Shown here: positions 35,801 to 50,199 of the stretch, piece by piece
How the letters are laid out: every line of letters starts with the position of its first letter
Position numbering within the stretch: position 1 is the stretch's first letter
From: Balanoglossus misakiensis
Lineage: Eukaryota; Animalia; Hemichordata
DNA length: 64,000 nt
Assembly (NCBI GenBank): GCA_040954595.2
Contig: CM082586.2
Location: 11,749,337-11,813,336, forward strand
Direction of reading: 5' to 3'
Notes under the pieces: generated by a model
Databases searched by the model: none
Seen by the model: only the letters and a program-made list of their open reading frames with translations
Told to the model about the DNA's origin: nothing
Program-made: the position numbers and the translations under genes

Positions 35801-38800
35801 TACTTTCTCCATTTCCATTACAGATCTAGAATAGGCAAATTTGCAATTACACTCACTCGCATGAATGAATGCTGGCATCTGTGGTGGGCGGCGTGGAACT
35901 TTACTTGGTGGCGTGCCAGAAAGGAAGGTGCTCTCCTCAGCTCAACTGCCACCAATAAACTGGCCCACAGCAGATGAGTTCATTTCAACAGGTGCCAAGC
36001 TCTTTGGCTAGAATAGATAAAATATATTGATGCCGCAATGAATGAATGAAAACAGTATGAATGACCAGTCAATGGAGCTCTCCAATGGCACGTAAGATTC
36101 TAGAATAGGCAAATTTGCAATTACACTCACTCGCATGAATGAATGCTGGCATCTGTGGTGGGCGGCGTGGAAATTTACTTGGTGGCGTGCCGGGAAGGAA
36201 GGTGCTCTCCTCAGCTCAACTGCCACCAATAAACTGGCCCACAGCAGATGAGTTCATTTCAACAGGTGCCAAGCTCTTTGGCTAGAATAGATAAAATATA
36301 TTGATGCCGCAATGAATGAATGAAAACAGTATGAATGACCAGTCAATGGAGCTCTCCAATGGCACGTAAGATTCTAGAATAGGCAAATTTGCAATTACAC
36401 TCACTCGCATGAATGAATGCTGGCATCTGTGGTGGGCGGCGTGGAACTTTACTTGGTGGCGTGCCGGGAAAGAAGGTGCTCTCCTCAGCTCAACTGCCAC
36501 CAATAAACTGGCCCACAGCAGATGAGTTCATTTCAACAGGTGCCAAGCTCTTTGGCTAGAATAGATAAAATATATTGATGCCGCAATGAATGAATGAAAA
36601 CAGTATGAATGACCAGTCAATGGAGCTCTCCAATGGCACGTAAGATTCTAGAATAGGCAAATTTGCAATTACACTCACTCGCATGAATGAATGCTGGCAT
36701 CTGTGGTGGGCGGCGTGGAACTTTACTTGGTGGCGTGCCGGGAAGGAAGGTGCTCTCCTCAGCTCAACTGCCACCAATAAACTGGCCCACAGCAGATGAG
36801 TTCATTTCAACAGGTGCCAAGCTCTTTGGCTAGAATAGATAAAATATATTGATGCCGCAATGAATGAATGAAAACAGTATGAATGACCAGTCAATGGAGC
36901 TCTCCAATGGCACGTAAGATCTGTCTTGAAATTGCAGAAAGTACTCTAATTTGAAACAGGGTTAAAGACCATACAACACACCCAGCAGTGAGGGCGCTTT
37001 AGTGCATGTACACAATTAATAATTGATGCAGGACGGCTTGCCAATTAAATGTCTATTTTACAGAAAATATAAGGTACTTTCTCCATTTCCATTACAGATC
37101 TAGAATAGGCAAATTTGCAATTACACTCACTCGCATGAATGAATGCTGGCATCTGTGGTGGGCGGCGTGGAACTTTACTTGGTGGCGTGCCGGGAAGGAA
37201 GGTGCTCTCCTCAGCTCAACTGCCACCAATAAACTGGCCCACAGCAGATGAGTTCATTTCAACAGGTGCCAAGCTCTTTGGCTAGAATAGATAAAATATA
37301 TTGATGCCGCAATGAATGAATGAAAACAGTATGAATGACCAGTCAATGGAGCTCTCCAATGGCACGTAAGATCTGTCTTGAAATTGCAGAAAGTACTCTA
37401 ATTTGAAACAGGGTTAAAGACCATACAACACACCCAGCAGTGAGGGCGCTTTAGTGCATGTACACAATTAATAATTGATGCAGGACGGCTTGCCAATTAA
37501 ATGTCTATTTTACAGAAAATATAAGGTACTTTCTCCATTTCCATTACAGATCTAGAATAGGCAAATTTGCAATTACACTCACTCGCATGAATGAATGCTG
37601 GCATCTGTGGTGGGCGGCGTGGAACTTTACTTGGTGGTGTGCCGGGAAGGAAGGTGCTCTCCTCAGCTCAACTGCCACCAATAAACTGGCCCACAGCAGA
37701 TGAGTTCATTTCAACAGGTGCCAAGCTCTTTGGCTAGAATAGATAAAATATATTGATGCCGCAATGAATGAATGAAAACAGTATGAATGACCAGTCAATG
37801 GAGCTCTCCAATGGCACGTAAGATTCTAGAATAGGCAAATTTGCAATTACACTCACTCGCATGAATGAATGCTGGCATCTGTGGTGGGCGGCGTGGAACT
37901 TTACTTGGTGGCGTGCCGGGAAGGAAGGTGCTCTCCTCAGCTCAACTGCCACCAATAAACTGGCCCACAGCAGATGAGTTCATTTCAACAGGTGCCAAGC
38001 TCTTCGGCTAGAATAGATAAAATATATTGATGCCGCAATGAATGAATGAAAACAGTATGAATGACCAGTCAATGGAGCTCTCCAATGGCACGTAAGATTC
38101 TAGAATAGGCAAATTTGCAATTACACTCACTCGCATGAATGAATGCTGGCATCTGTGGTGGGCGGCGTGGAACTTTACTTGGTGGCGTGCCGGGAAGGAA
38201 GGTGCTCTCCTCAGCTCAACTGCCACCAATAAACTGGCCCACAGCAGATGAGTTCATTTCAACAGGTGCCAAGCTCTTTGGCTAGAATAGATAAAATATA
38301 TTGATGCCGCAATGAATGAATGAAAACAGTATGAATGACCAGTCAATGGAGCTCTCCAATGGCACGTAAGATCTGTCTTGAAATTGCAGAAAGTACTCTA
38401 ATTTGAAACAGGGTTAAAGACCATACAACACACCCAGCAGTGAGGGCGCTTTAGTGCATGAACACAATTAATAATTGATGCAGGACGGCTTGCCAATTAA
38501 ATGTCTATTTTACAGAAAATATAAGGTACTTTCTCCATTTCCATTACAGATCTAGAATAGGCAAATTTGCAATTACACTCACTCGCATGAATGAATGCTG
38601 GCATCTGTGGTGGGCGGCGTGGAACTTTACTTGGTGGCGTGCCGGGAAGGAAGGTGCTCTCCTCAGCTCAACTGCCACCAATAAACTGGCCCACAGCAGA
38701 TGAGTTCATTTCAACAGGTGCCAAGCTCTTTGGCTAGAATAGATAAAATATATTGATGCCGCAATGAATGAATGAAAACAGTATGAATGACCAGTCAATG

Positions 38801-41800
38801 GAGCTCTCCAATGGCACGTAAGATCTGTCTTGAAATTGCAGAAAGTACTCTAATTTGAAACAGGGTTAAAGACCATACAACACACCCAGCAGTGAGGGCG
38901 CTTTAGTGCATGTACACAATTAATAATTGATGCAGGACGGCTTGCCAATTAAATGTCTATTTTACAGAAAATATAAGGTACTTTCTCCATTTCCATTACA
39001 GATCTAGAATAGGCAAATTTGCAATTACACTCACTCGCATGAATGAATGCTGGCATCTGTGGTGGGCGGCGTGGAACTTTACTTGGTGGCGTGCCGGGAA
39101 GGAAGGTGCTCTCCTCAGCTCAACTGCCACCAATAAACTGGCCCACAGCAGATGAGTTCATTTCAACAGGTGCCAAGCTCTTCGGCTAGAATAGATAAAA
39201 TATATTGATGCCGCAATGAATGAATGAAAACAGTATGAATGACCAGTCAATGGAGCTCTCCAATGGCACGTAAGATTCTAGAATAGGCAAATTTGCAATT
39301 ACACTCACTCGCATGAATGAATGCTGGCATCTGTGGTGGGCGGCGTGGAACTTTACTTGGTGGCGTGCCGGAAAAGAAGGTGCTCTCCTCAGCTCAACTG
39401 CCACCAATAAACTGGCCCACAGCAGATGAGTTCATTTCAACAGGTGCCAAGCTCTTTGGCTAGAATAGATAAAATATATTGATGCCGCAATGAATGAATG
39501 AAAACAGTATGAATGACCAGTCAATGGAGCTCTCCAATGGCACGTAAGATCTGTCTTGAAATTGCAGAAAGTACTCTAATTTGAAACAGGGTTAAAGACC
39601 ATACAACACACCCAGCAGTGAGGGCGCTTTAGTGCATGTACACAATTAATAATTGATGCAGGACGGCTTGCCAATTAAATGTCTATTTTACAGAAAATAT
39701 AAGGTACTTTCTCCATTTCCATTACAGATCTAGAATAGGCAAATTTGCAATTACACTCACTCGCATGAATGAATGCTGGCATCTGTGGTGGGCGGCGTGG
39801 AACTTTACTTGGTGGCGTGCCGGGAAGGAAGGTGCTCTCCTCAGCTCAACTGCCACCAATAAACTGGCCCACAGCAGATGAGTTCATTTCAACAGGTGCC
39901 AAGCTCTTTGGCTAGAATAGATAAAATATATTGATGCCGCAATGAATGAATGAAAACAGTATGAATGACCAGTCAATGGAGCTCTCCAATGGCACGTAAG
40001 AATTCTAGAATAGGCAAATTTGCAATTACACTCACTCGCATGAATGAATGCTGGCATCTGTGGTGGGCGGCGTGGAACTTTACTTGGTGGCGTGCCGGGA
40101 AGGAAGGTGCTCTCCTCAGCTCAACTGCCACCAATAAACTGGCCCACAGCAGATGAGTTCATTTCAACAGGTGCCAAGCTCTTTGGCTAGAATAGATAAA
40201 ATATATTGATGCCGCAATGAATGAATGAAAACAGTATGAATGACCAGTCAATGGAGCTCTCCAATGGCACGTAAGATCTGTCTTGAAATTGCAGAAAGTA
40301 CTCTAATTTGAAACAGGGTTAAAGACCATACAACACACCCAGCAGTGAGGGCGCTTTAGTGCATGTACACAATTAATAATTGATGCAGGACGGCTTGCCA
40401 ATTAAATGTCTATTTTACAGAAAATATAAGGTACTTTCTCCATTTCCATTACAGATCTAGAATAGGCAAATTTGCAATTACACTCACTCGCATGAATGAA
40501 TGCTGGCATCTGTGGTGGGCGGCGTGGAACTTTACTTGGTGGCGTGCCGGGAAGGAAGGTGCTCTCCTCAGCTCAACTGCCACCAATAAACTGGCCCACA
40601 GCAGATGAGTTCATTTCAACAGGTGCCAAGCTCTTTGGCTAGAATAGATAAAATATATTGATGCCGCAATGAATGAATGAAAACAGTATGAATGACCAGT
40701 CAATGGAGCTCTCCAATGGCACGTATGATTCTAGAATAGGCAAATTTGCAATTACACTCACTCGCATGAATGAATGCTGGCATCTGTGGTGGGCGGCGTG
40801 GAACTTTACTTGGTGGCGTGCCGGGAAGGAAGGTGCTCTCCTCAGCTCAACTGCCACCAATAAACTGGCCCACAGCAGATGAGTTCATTTCAACAGGTGC
40901 CAAGCTCTTTGGCTAGAATAGATAAAATATATTGATGCCGCAATGAATGAATGAAAACAGTATGAATGACCAGTCAATGGAGCTCTCCAATGGCACGTAA
41001 GATTCTAGAATAGGCAAATTTGCAATTACACTCACTCGCATGAATGAATGCTGGCATCTGTGGTGGGCGGCGTGGAAATTTACTTGGTGGCGTGCCGGGA
41101 AAGAAGGTGCTCTCCTCAGCTCAACTGCCACCAATAAACTGGCCCACAGCAGATGAGTTCATTTCAACAGGTGCCAAGCTCTTTGGCTAGAATAGATAAA
41201 ATATATTGATGCCGCAATGAATGAATGAAAACAGTATGAATGACCAGTCAATGGAGCTCTCCAATGGCACGTAAGAATAGAATAGGCAAATTTGCAATTA
41301 CACTCACTCGCATGAATGAATGCTGGCATCTGTGGTGGGCGGCGTGGAACTTTACTTGGTGGCGTGCCGGGAAGGAAGGTGCTCTCCTCAGCTCAACTGC
41401 CACCAATAAACTGGCCCACAGCAGATGAGTTCATTTCAACAGGTGCCAAGCTCTTTGGCTAGAATAGATAAAATATATTGATGCCGCAATGAATGAATGA
41501 AAACAGTATGAATGACCAGTCAATGGAGCTCTCCAATGGCACGTAAGATCTGTCTTGAAATTGCAGAAAGTACTCTAATTTGAAACAGGGTTAAAGACCA
41601 TACAACACACCCAGCAGTGAGGGCGCTTTAGTGCATGTACACAATTAATAATTGATGCAGGACGGCTTGCCAATTAAATGTCTATTTTACAGAAAATATA
41701 AGGTACTTTCTCCATTTCCATTACAGATCTAGAATAGGCAAATTTGCAATTACACTCACTCGCATGAATGAATGCTGGCATCTGTGGTGGGCGGCGTGGA

Positions 41801-44800
41801 ACTTTACTTGGTGGCGTGCCGGGAAGGAAGGTGCTCTCCTCAGCTCAACTGCCACCAATAAACTGGCCCACAGCAGATGAGTTCATTTCAACAGGTGCCA
41901 AGCTCTTTGGCTAGAATAGATAAAATATATTGATGCCGCAATGAATGAATGAAAACAGTATGAATGACCAGTCAATGGAGCTCTCCAATGGCACGTAAGA
42001 TCTGTCTTGAAATTGCAGAAAGTACTCTAATTTGAAACAGGGTTAAAGACCATACAACACACCCAGCAGTGAGGGCGCTTTAGTGCATGTACACAATTAA
42101 TAATTGATGCAGGACGGCTTGCCAATTAAATGTCTATTTTACAGAAAATATAAGGTACTTTCTCCATTTCCATTACAGAATTCTAGAATAGGCAAATTTG
42201 CAATTACACTCACTCGCATGAATGACTGCTGGCATCTGTGGTGGGCGGCGTGGAACTTTACTTGGTGGCGTGCCGGGAAGGAAGGTGCTCTCCTCAGCTC
42301 AACTGCCACCAATAAACTGGCCCACAGCAGATGAGTTCATTTCAACAGGTGCCAAGCTCTTTGGCTAGAATAGATAAAATATATTGATGCCGCAATGAAT
42401 GAATGAAAACAGTATGAATGACCAGTCAATGGAGCTCTCCAATGGCACGTAAGATTCTAGAATAGGCAAATTTGCAATTACACTCACTCGCATGAATGAA
42501 TGCTGGCATCTGTGGTGGGCGGCGTGGAACTTTACTTGGTGGCGTGCCGGGAAGGAAGGTGCTCTCCTCAGCTCAACTGCCACCAATAAACTGGCCCACA
42601 GCAGATGAGTTCATTTCAACAGGTGCCAAGCTCTTTGGCTAGAATAGATAAAATATATTGATGCCGCAATGAATGAATGAAAACAGTATGAATGACCAGT
42701 CAATGGAGCTCTCCAATGGCACGTAAGATCTGTCTTGAAATTGCAGAAAGTACTCTAATTTGAAACAGGGTTAAAGACCATACAACACACCCAGCAGTGA
42801 GGGCGCTTTAGTGCATGTACACAATTAATAATTGATGCAGGACGGCTTGCCAATTAAATGTCTATTTTACAGAAAATATAAGGTACTTTCTCCATTTCCA
42901 TTACAGAATTCTAGAATAGGCAAATTTGCAATTACACTCATTGCATGAATGACTGCTGGCATCTGTGGTGGGCGGCGTGGAACTTTACTTGGTGGCGTGC
43001 CGGGAAGGAAGGTGCTCTCCTCAGCTCAACTGCCACCAATAAACTGGCCCACAGCAGATGAGTTCATTTCAACAGGTGCCAAGCTCTTTGGCTAGAATAG
43101 ATAAAATATATTGATGCCGCAATGAATGAATGAAAACAGTATGAATGACCAGTCAATGGAGCTCTCCAATGGCACGTAAGATTCTAGAATAGGCAAATTT
43201 GCAATTACACTCACTCGCATGAATGAATGCTGGCATCTGTGGTGGGCGGCGTGGAACTTTACTTGGTGGCGTGCCGGGAAGGAAGGTGCTCTCCTCAGCT
43301 CAACTGCCACCAATAAACTGGCCCACAGCAGATGAGTTCATTTCAACAGGTGCCAAGCTCTTTGGCTAGAATAGATAAAATATATTGATGCCGCAATGAA
43401 TGAATGAAAACAGTATGAATGACCAGTCAATGGAGCTCTCCAATGGCACGTAAGATTCTAGAATAGGCAAATTTGCAATTACACTCACTCGCATGAATGA
43501 ATGCTGGCATCTGTGGTGGGCGGCGTGGAACTTTACTTGGTGGCGTGCCGGGAAGGAAGGTGCTCTCCTCAGCTCAACTGCCACCAATAAACTGGCCCAC
43601 AGCAGATGAGTTCATTTCAACAGGTGCCAAGCTCTTTGGCTAGAATAGATAAAATATATTGATGCCGCAATGAATGAATGAAAACAGTATGAATGACCAG
43701 TCAATGGAGCTCTCCAATGGCACGTAAGATCTGTCTTGAAATTGCAGAAAGTACTCTAATTTGAAACAGGGTTAAAGACCATACAACACACCCAGCAGTG
43801 AGGGCGCTTTAGTGCATGTACACAATTAATAATTGATGCAGGACGGCTTGCCAATTAAATGTCTATTTTACAGAAAATATAAGGTACTTTCTCCATTTCC
43901 ATTACAGATCTAGAATAGGCAAATTTGCAATTACACTCACTCGCATGAATGAATGCTGGCATCTGTGGTGGGCGGCGTGGAACTTTACTTGGTGGCGTGC
44001 CGGGAAGGAAGGTGCTCTCCTCAGCTCAACTGCCACCAATAAACTGGCCCACAGCAGATGAGTTCATTTCAACAGGTGCCAAGCTCTTTGGCTAGAATAG
44101 ATAAAATATATTGATGCCGCAATGAATGAATGAAAACAGTATGAATGACCAGTCAAAGGAGCTCTCCAATGGCACGTAAGAATTTCTAGAATAGGCAAAT
44201 TTGCAATTACACTCACTCGCATGAATGAATGCTGGCATCTGTGGTGGGCGGCGTGGAACTTTACTTGGTGGCGTGCCGGGAAGGAAGGTGCTCTCCTCAG
44301 CTCAACTGCCACCAATAAACTGGCCCACAGCAGATGAGTTCATTTCAACAGGTGCCAAGCTCTTTGGCTAGAATAGATAAAATATATTGATGCCGCAATG
44401 AATGAATGAAAACAGTATGAATGACCAGTCAATGGAGCTCTCCAATGGCACGTAAGATTCTAGAATAGGCAAATTTGCAATTACACTCACTCGCATGAAT
44501 GAATGCTGGCATCTGTGGTGGGCGGCGTGGAACTTTACTTGGTGGCGTGCCGGGAAGGAAGGTGCTCTCCTCAGCTCAACTGCCACCAATAAACTGGCCC
44601 ACAGCAGATGAGTTCATTTCAACAGGTGCCAAGCTCTTTGGCTAGAATAGATAAAATATATTGATGCCGCAATGAATGAATGAAAACAGTATGAATGACC
44701 AGTCAATGGAGCTCTCCAATGGCACGTAAGAATTCTAGAATAGGCAAATTTGCAATTACACTCACTCGCATGAATGAATGCTGGCATCTGTGGTGGGCGG

Positions 44801-47800
44801 CGTGGAACTTTACTTGGTGGCGTGCCGGGAAGGAAGGTGCTCTCCTCAGCTCAACTGCCACCAATAAACTGGCCCACAGCAGATGAGTTCATTTCAACAG
44901 GTGCCAAGCTCTTTGGCTAGAATAGATAAAATATATTGATGCCGCAATGAATGAATGAAAACAGTATGAATGACCAGTCAATGGAGCTCTCCAATGGCAC
45001 GTAAGATCTGTCTTGAAATTGCAGAAAGTACTCTAATTTGAAACAGGGTTAAAGACCATACAACACACCCAGCAGTGAGGGCGCTTTAGTGCATGTACAC
45101 AATTAATAATTGATGCAGGACGGCTTGCCAATTAAATGTCTATTTTACAGAAAATATAAGGTACTTTCTCCATTTCCATTACAGAATTCTAGAATAGGCA
45201 AATTTGCAATTACACTCACTCGCATGAATGAATGCTGGCATCTGTGGTGGGCGGCGTGGAACTTTACTTGGTGGCGTGCCGGGAAGGAAGGTGCTCTCCT
45301 CAGCTCAACTGCCACCAATAAACTGGCCCACAGCAGATGAGTTCATTTCAACAGGTGCCAAGCTCTTTGGCTAGAATAGATAAAATATATTGATGCCGCA
45401 ATGAATGAATGAAAACAGTATGAATGACCAGTCAATGGAGCTCTCCAATGGCACGTAAGATTCTAGAATAGGCAAATTTGCAATTACACTCACTCGCATG
45501 AATGAATGCTGGCATCTGTGGTGGGCGGCGTGGAACTTTACTTGGTGGCGTGCCGGGAAGGAAGGTGCTCTCCTCAGCTCAACTGCCACCAATAAACTGG
45601 CCCACAGCAGATGAGTTCATTTCAACAGGTGCCAAGCTCTTCGGCTAGAATAGATAAAATATATTGATGCCGCAATGAATGAATGAAAACAGTATGAATG
45701 ACCAGTCAATGGAGCTCTCCAATGGCACGTAAGATTCTAGAATAGGCAAATTTGCAATTACACTCACTCGCATGAATGAATGCTGGCATCTGTGGTGGGC
45801 GGCGTGGAACTTTACTTGGTGGCGTGCCGGGAAAGAAGGTGCTCTCCTCAGCTCAACTGCCACCAATAAACTGGCCCACAGCAGATGAGTTCATTTCAAC
45901 AGGTGCCAAGCTCTTTGGCTAGAATAGATAAAATATATTGATGCCGCAATGAATGAATGAAAACAGTATGAATGACCAGTCAATGGAGCTCTCCAATGGC
46001 ACGTAAGATCTGTCTTGAAATTGCAGAAAGTACTCTAATTTGAAACAGGGTTAAAGACCATACAACACACCCAGCAGTGAGGGCGCTTTAGTGCATGTAC
46101 ACAATTAATAATTGATGCAGGACGGCTTGCCAATTAAATGTCTATTTTACAGAAAATATAAGGTACTTTCTCCATTTCCATTACAGATCTAGAATAGGCA
46201 AATTTGCAATTACACTCACTCGCATGAATGAATGCTGGCATCTGTGGTGGGCGGCGTGGAACTTTACTTGGTGGCGTGCCGGGAAGGAAGGTGCTCTCCT
46301 CAGCTCAACTGCCACCAATAAACTGGCCCACAGCAGATGAGTTCATTTCAACAGGTGCCAAGCTCTTTGGCTAGAATAGATAAAATATATTGATGCCGCA
46401 ATGAATGAATGAAAACAGTATGAATGACCAGTCAATGGAGCTCTCCAATGGCACGTAAGAATTCTAGAATAGGCAAATTTGCAATTACACTCACTCGCAT
46501 GAATGAATGCTGGCATCTGTGGTGGGCGGCGTGGAACTTTACTTGGTGGCGTGCCGGGAAGGAAGGTGCTCTCCTCAGCTCAACTGCCACCAATAAACTG
46601 GCCCACAGCAGATGAGTTCATTTCAACAGGTGCCAAGCTCTTTGGCTAGAATAGATAAAATATATTGATGCCGCAATGAATGAATGAAAACAGTATGAAT
46701 GACCAGTCAATGGAGCTCTCCAATGGCACGTAAGAATTCTAGAATAGGCAAATTTGCAATTACACTCACTCGCATGAATGAATGCTGGCATCTGTGGTGG
46801 GCGGCGTGGAACTTTACTTGGTGGCGTGCCGGGAAGGAAGGTGCTCTCCTCAGCTCAACTGCCACCAATAAACTGGCCCACAGCAGATGAGTTCATTTCA
46901 ACAGGTGCCAAGCTCTTCGGCTAGAATAGATAAAATATATTGATGCCGCAATGAATGAATGAAAACAGTATGAATGACCAGTCAATGGAGCTCTCCAATG
47001 GCACGTAAGATTCTAGAATAGGCAAATTTGCAATTACACTCACTCGCATGAATGAATGCTGGCATCTGTGGTGGGCGGCGTGGAACTTTACTTGGTGGCG
47101 TGCCGGGAAAGAAGGTGCTCTCCTCAGCTCAACTGCCACCAATAAACTGGCCCACAGCAGATGAGTTCATTTCAACAGGTGCCAAGCTCTTTGGCTAGAA
47201 TAGATAAAATATATTGATGCCGCAATGAATGAATGAAAACAGTATGAATGACCAGTCAATGGAGCTCTCCAATGGCACGTAAGATCTGTCTTGAAATTGC
47301 AGAAAGTACTCTAATTTGAAACAGGGTTAAAGACCATACAACACACCCAGCAGTGAGGGCGCTTTAGTGCATGTACACAATTAATAATTGATGCAGGACG
47401 GCTTGCCAATTAAATGTCTATTTTACAGAAAATATAAGGTACTTTCTCCATTTCCATTACAGATCTAGAATAGGCAAATTTGCAATTACACTCACTCGCA
47501 TGAATGAATGCTGGCATCTGTGGTGGGCGGCGTGGAACTTTACTTGGTGGCGTGCCGGGAAGGAAGGTGCTCTCCTCAGCTCAACTGCCACCAATAAACT
47601 GGCCCACAGCAGATGAGTTCATTTCAACAGGTGCCAAGCTCTTTGGCTAGAATAGATAAAATATATTGATGCCGCAATGAATGAATGAAAACAGTATGAA
47701 TGACCAGTCAATGGAGCTCTCCAATGGCACGTAAGAATTCTAGAATAGGCAAATTTGCAATTACACTCACTCGCATGAATGAATGCTGGCATCTGTGGTG

Positions 47801-49429
47801 GGCGGCGTGGAACTTTACTTGGTGGCGTGCCGGGAAGGAAGGTGCTCTCCTCAGCTCAACTGCCACCAATAAACTGGCCCACAGCAGATGAGTTCATTTC
47901 AACAGGTGCCAAGCTCTTTGGCTAGAATAGATAAAATATATTGATGCCGCAATGAATGAATGAAAACAGTATGAATGACCAGTCAATGGAGCTCTCCAAT
48001 GGCACGTAAGAATTCTAGAATAGGCAAATTTGCAATTACACTCACTCGCATGAATGAATGCTGGCATCTGTGGTGGGCGGCGTGGAACTTTACTTGGTGG
48101 CGTGCCGGGAAGGAAGGTGCTCTCCTCAGCTCAACTGCCACCAATAAACTGGCCCACAGCAGATGAGTTCATTTCAACAGGTGCCAAGCTCTTTGGCTAG
48201 AATAGATAAAATATATTGATGCCGCAATGAATGAATGAAAACAGTATGAATGACCAGTCAATGGAGCTCTCCAATGGCACGTAAGATTCTAGAATAGGCA
48301 AATTTGCAATTACACTCACTCGCATGAATGAATGCTGGCATCTGTGGTGGGCGGCGTGGAACTTTACTTGGTGGCGTGCCGGGAAGGAAGGTGCTCTCCT
48401 CAGCTCAACTGCCACCAATAAACTGGCCCACAGCAGATGAGTTCATTTCAACAGGTGCCAAGCTCTTCGGCTAGAATAGATAAAATATATTGATGCCGCA
48501 ATGAATGAATGAAAACAGTATGAATGACCAGTCAATGGAGCTCTCCAATGGCACGTAAGATTCTAGAATAGGCAAATTTGCAATTACACTCACTCGCATG
48601 AATGAATGCTGGCATCTGTGGTGGGCGGCGTGGAACTTTACTTGGTGGCGTGCCGGGAAAGAAGGTGCTCTCCTCAGCTCAACTGCCACCAATAAACTGG
48701 CCCACAGCAGATGAGTTCATTTCAACAGGTGCCAAGCTCTTTGGCTAGAATAGATAAAATATATTGATGCCGCAATGAATGAATGAAAACAGTATGAATG
48801 ACCAGTCAATGGAGCTCTCCAATGGCACGTAAGAATTCTAGAATAGGCAAATTTGCAATTACACTCACTCGCATGAATGAATGCTGGCATCTGTGGTGGG
48901 CGGCGTGGAACTTTACTTGGTGGCGTGCCGGGAAGGAAGGTGCTCTCCTCAGCTCAACTGCCACCAATAAACTGGCCCACAGCAGATGAGTTCATTTCAA
49001 CAGGTGCCAAGCTCTTTGGCTAGAATAGATAAAATATATTGATGCCGCAATGAATGAATGAAAACAGTATGAATGACCAGTCAATGGAGCTCTCCAATGG
49101 CACGTAAGATTCTAGAATAGGCAAATTTGCAATTACACTCACTCGCATGAATGAATGCTGGCATCTGTGGTGGGCGGCGTGGAACTTTACTTGGTGGCGT
49201 GCCGGGAAAGAAGGTGCTCTCCTCAGCTCAACTGCCACCAATAAACTGGCCCACAGCAGATGAGTTCATTTCAACAGGTGCCAAGCTCTTTGGCTAGAAT
49301 AGATAAAATATATTGATGCCGCAATGAATGAATGAAAACAGTATGAATGACCAGTCAATGGAGCTCTCCAATGGCACGTAAGATCTGTCTTGAAATTGCA
49401 GAAAGTACTCTAATTTGAAACAGGGTTAA

Positions 49430-50199
49430 GGCTGCATTCACAAACACCTCTGGAGGGGGGGGCGGGAGAATTGAGGGGGGGGATTTGAAAAAATTGAGGG
49501 TATGTAAGGGGGGGGATTTGAAATAATTTAGGGACTGAAAGGGGGGGACTTGAAAACTTTGATGACTAAATATTTATTTTGAGTCCACAAAAATGCAGTT
49601 TCGCGCCCTTTATTTTACAAAATTTTCTAATGTGGGAGGGGGACACCCCCTCCCACACCCACCCCCTCCATTCATTGACACCTTTCAATCTTTGACTGGT
49701 TTATCTAGTGTCCCAGGTCTGGGGACTTGCCCCCACCCCATGATAACTTTGAGCGGCGATGTTAATTTGCTTTTGCTGGGTTCATTAAAATGCAGCTTTG
49801 AGCTCTGTATTTTATACAATTTTCTTATGTGGGAGGGGGACACCCCCTCCCAAACCCACCCCCTTCAATTCTCGGTTTACAATGTCTCCCAACACAGAAT
49901 ACACATTCTTAAAAATTAAAAACAATGTTCAGTTTTAATACCCACTGATGAGAGGAAACATCAATTTCAAATTATTTTCATGGGAGCGCTGTTTTTCTTT
50001 TTTACAAGATATTAGATAGATAGGTGATGTGTTTCGCTGTGTGAAAGAAAATGGGGGGGGGGGGATTTCAAATTTTTAGCAGTTCGGAAGGGGGGTATTT
50101 GAAAATATTTCGGGTTGTGTAGGGGGGCATGTGAAAATTAACGGTAAAAAAAATTGAATTCTCCCGCCCCCCCCTCCAGAGGTGTTTGTGAATGCAGCC
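49430..50199. mobile_element. PIF/Harbinger (Tourist-like) MITE, 770 bp, inserted in a B module
   Basis: ~43-bp TIR GGCTGCATTCACAAACACCTCTGGAGGGGGGGGCGGGAGAATT; TAA TSD (49427-49429 / 50200-50202); empty site GGGTTAAAGACC in the other B copies. Confidence 0.95.

Noticed and set aside
49593-49919. 108-aa ORF inside the MITE
   Set aside because: Low-complexity translation of an internal duplication; no transposase or Myb/SANT motif
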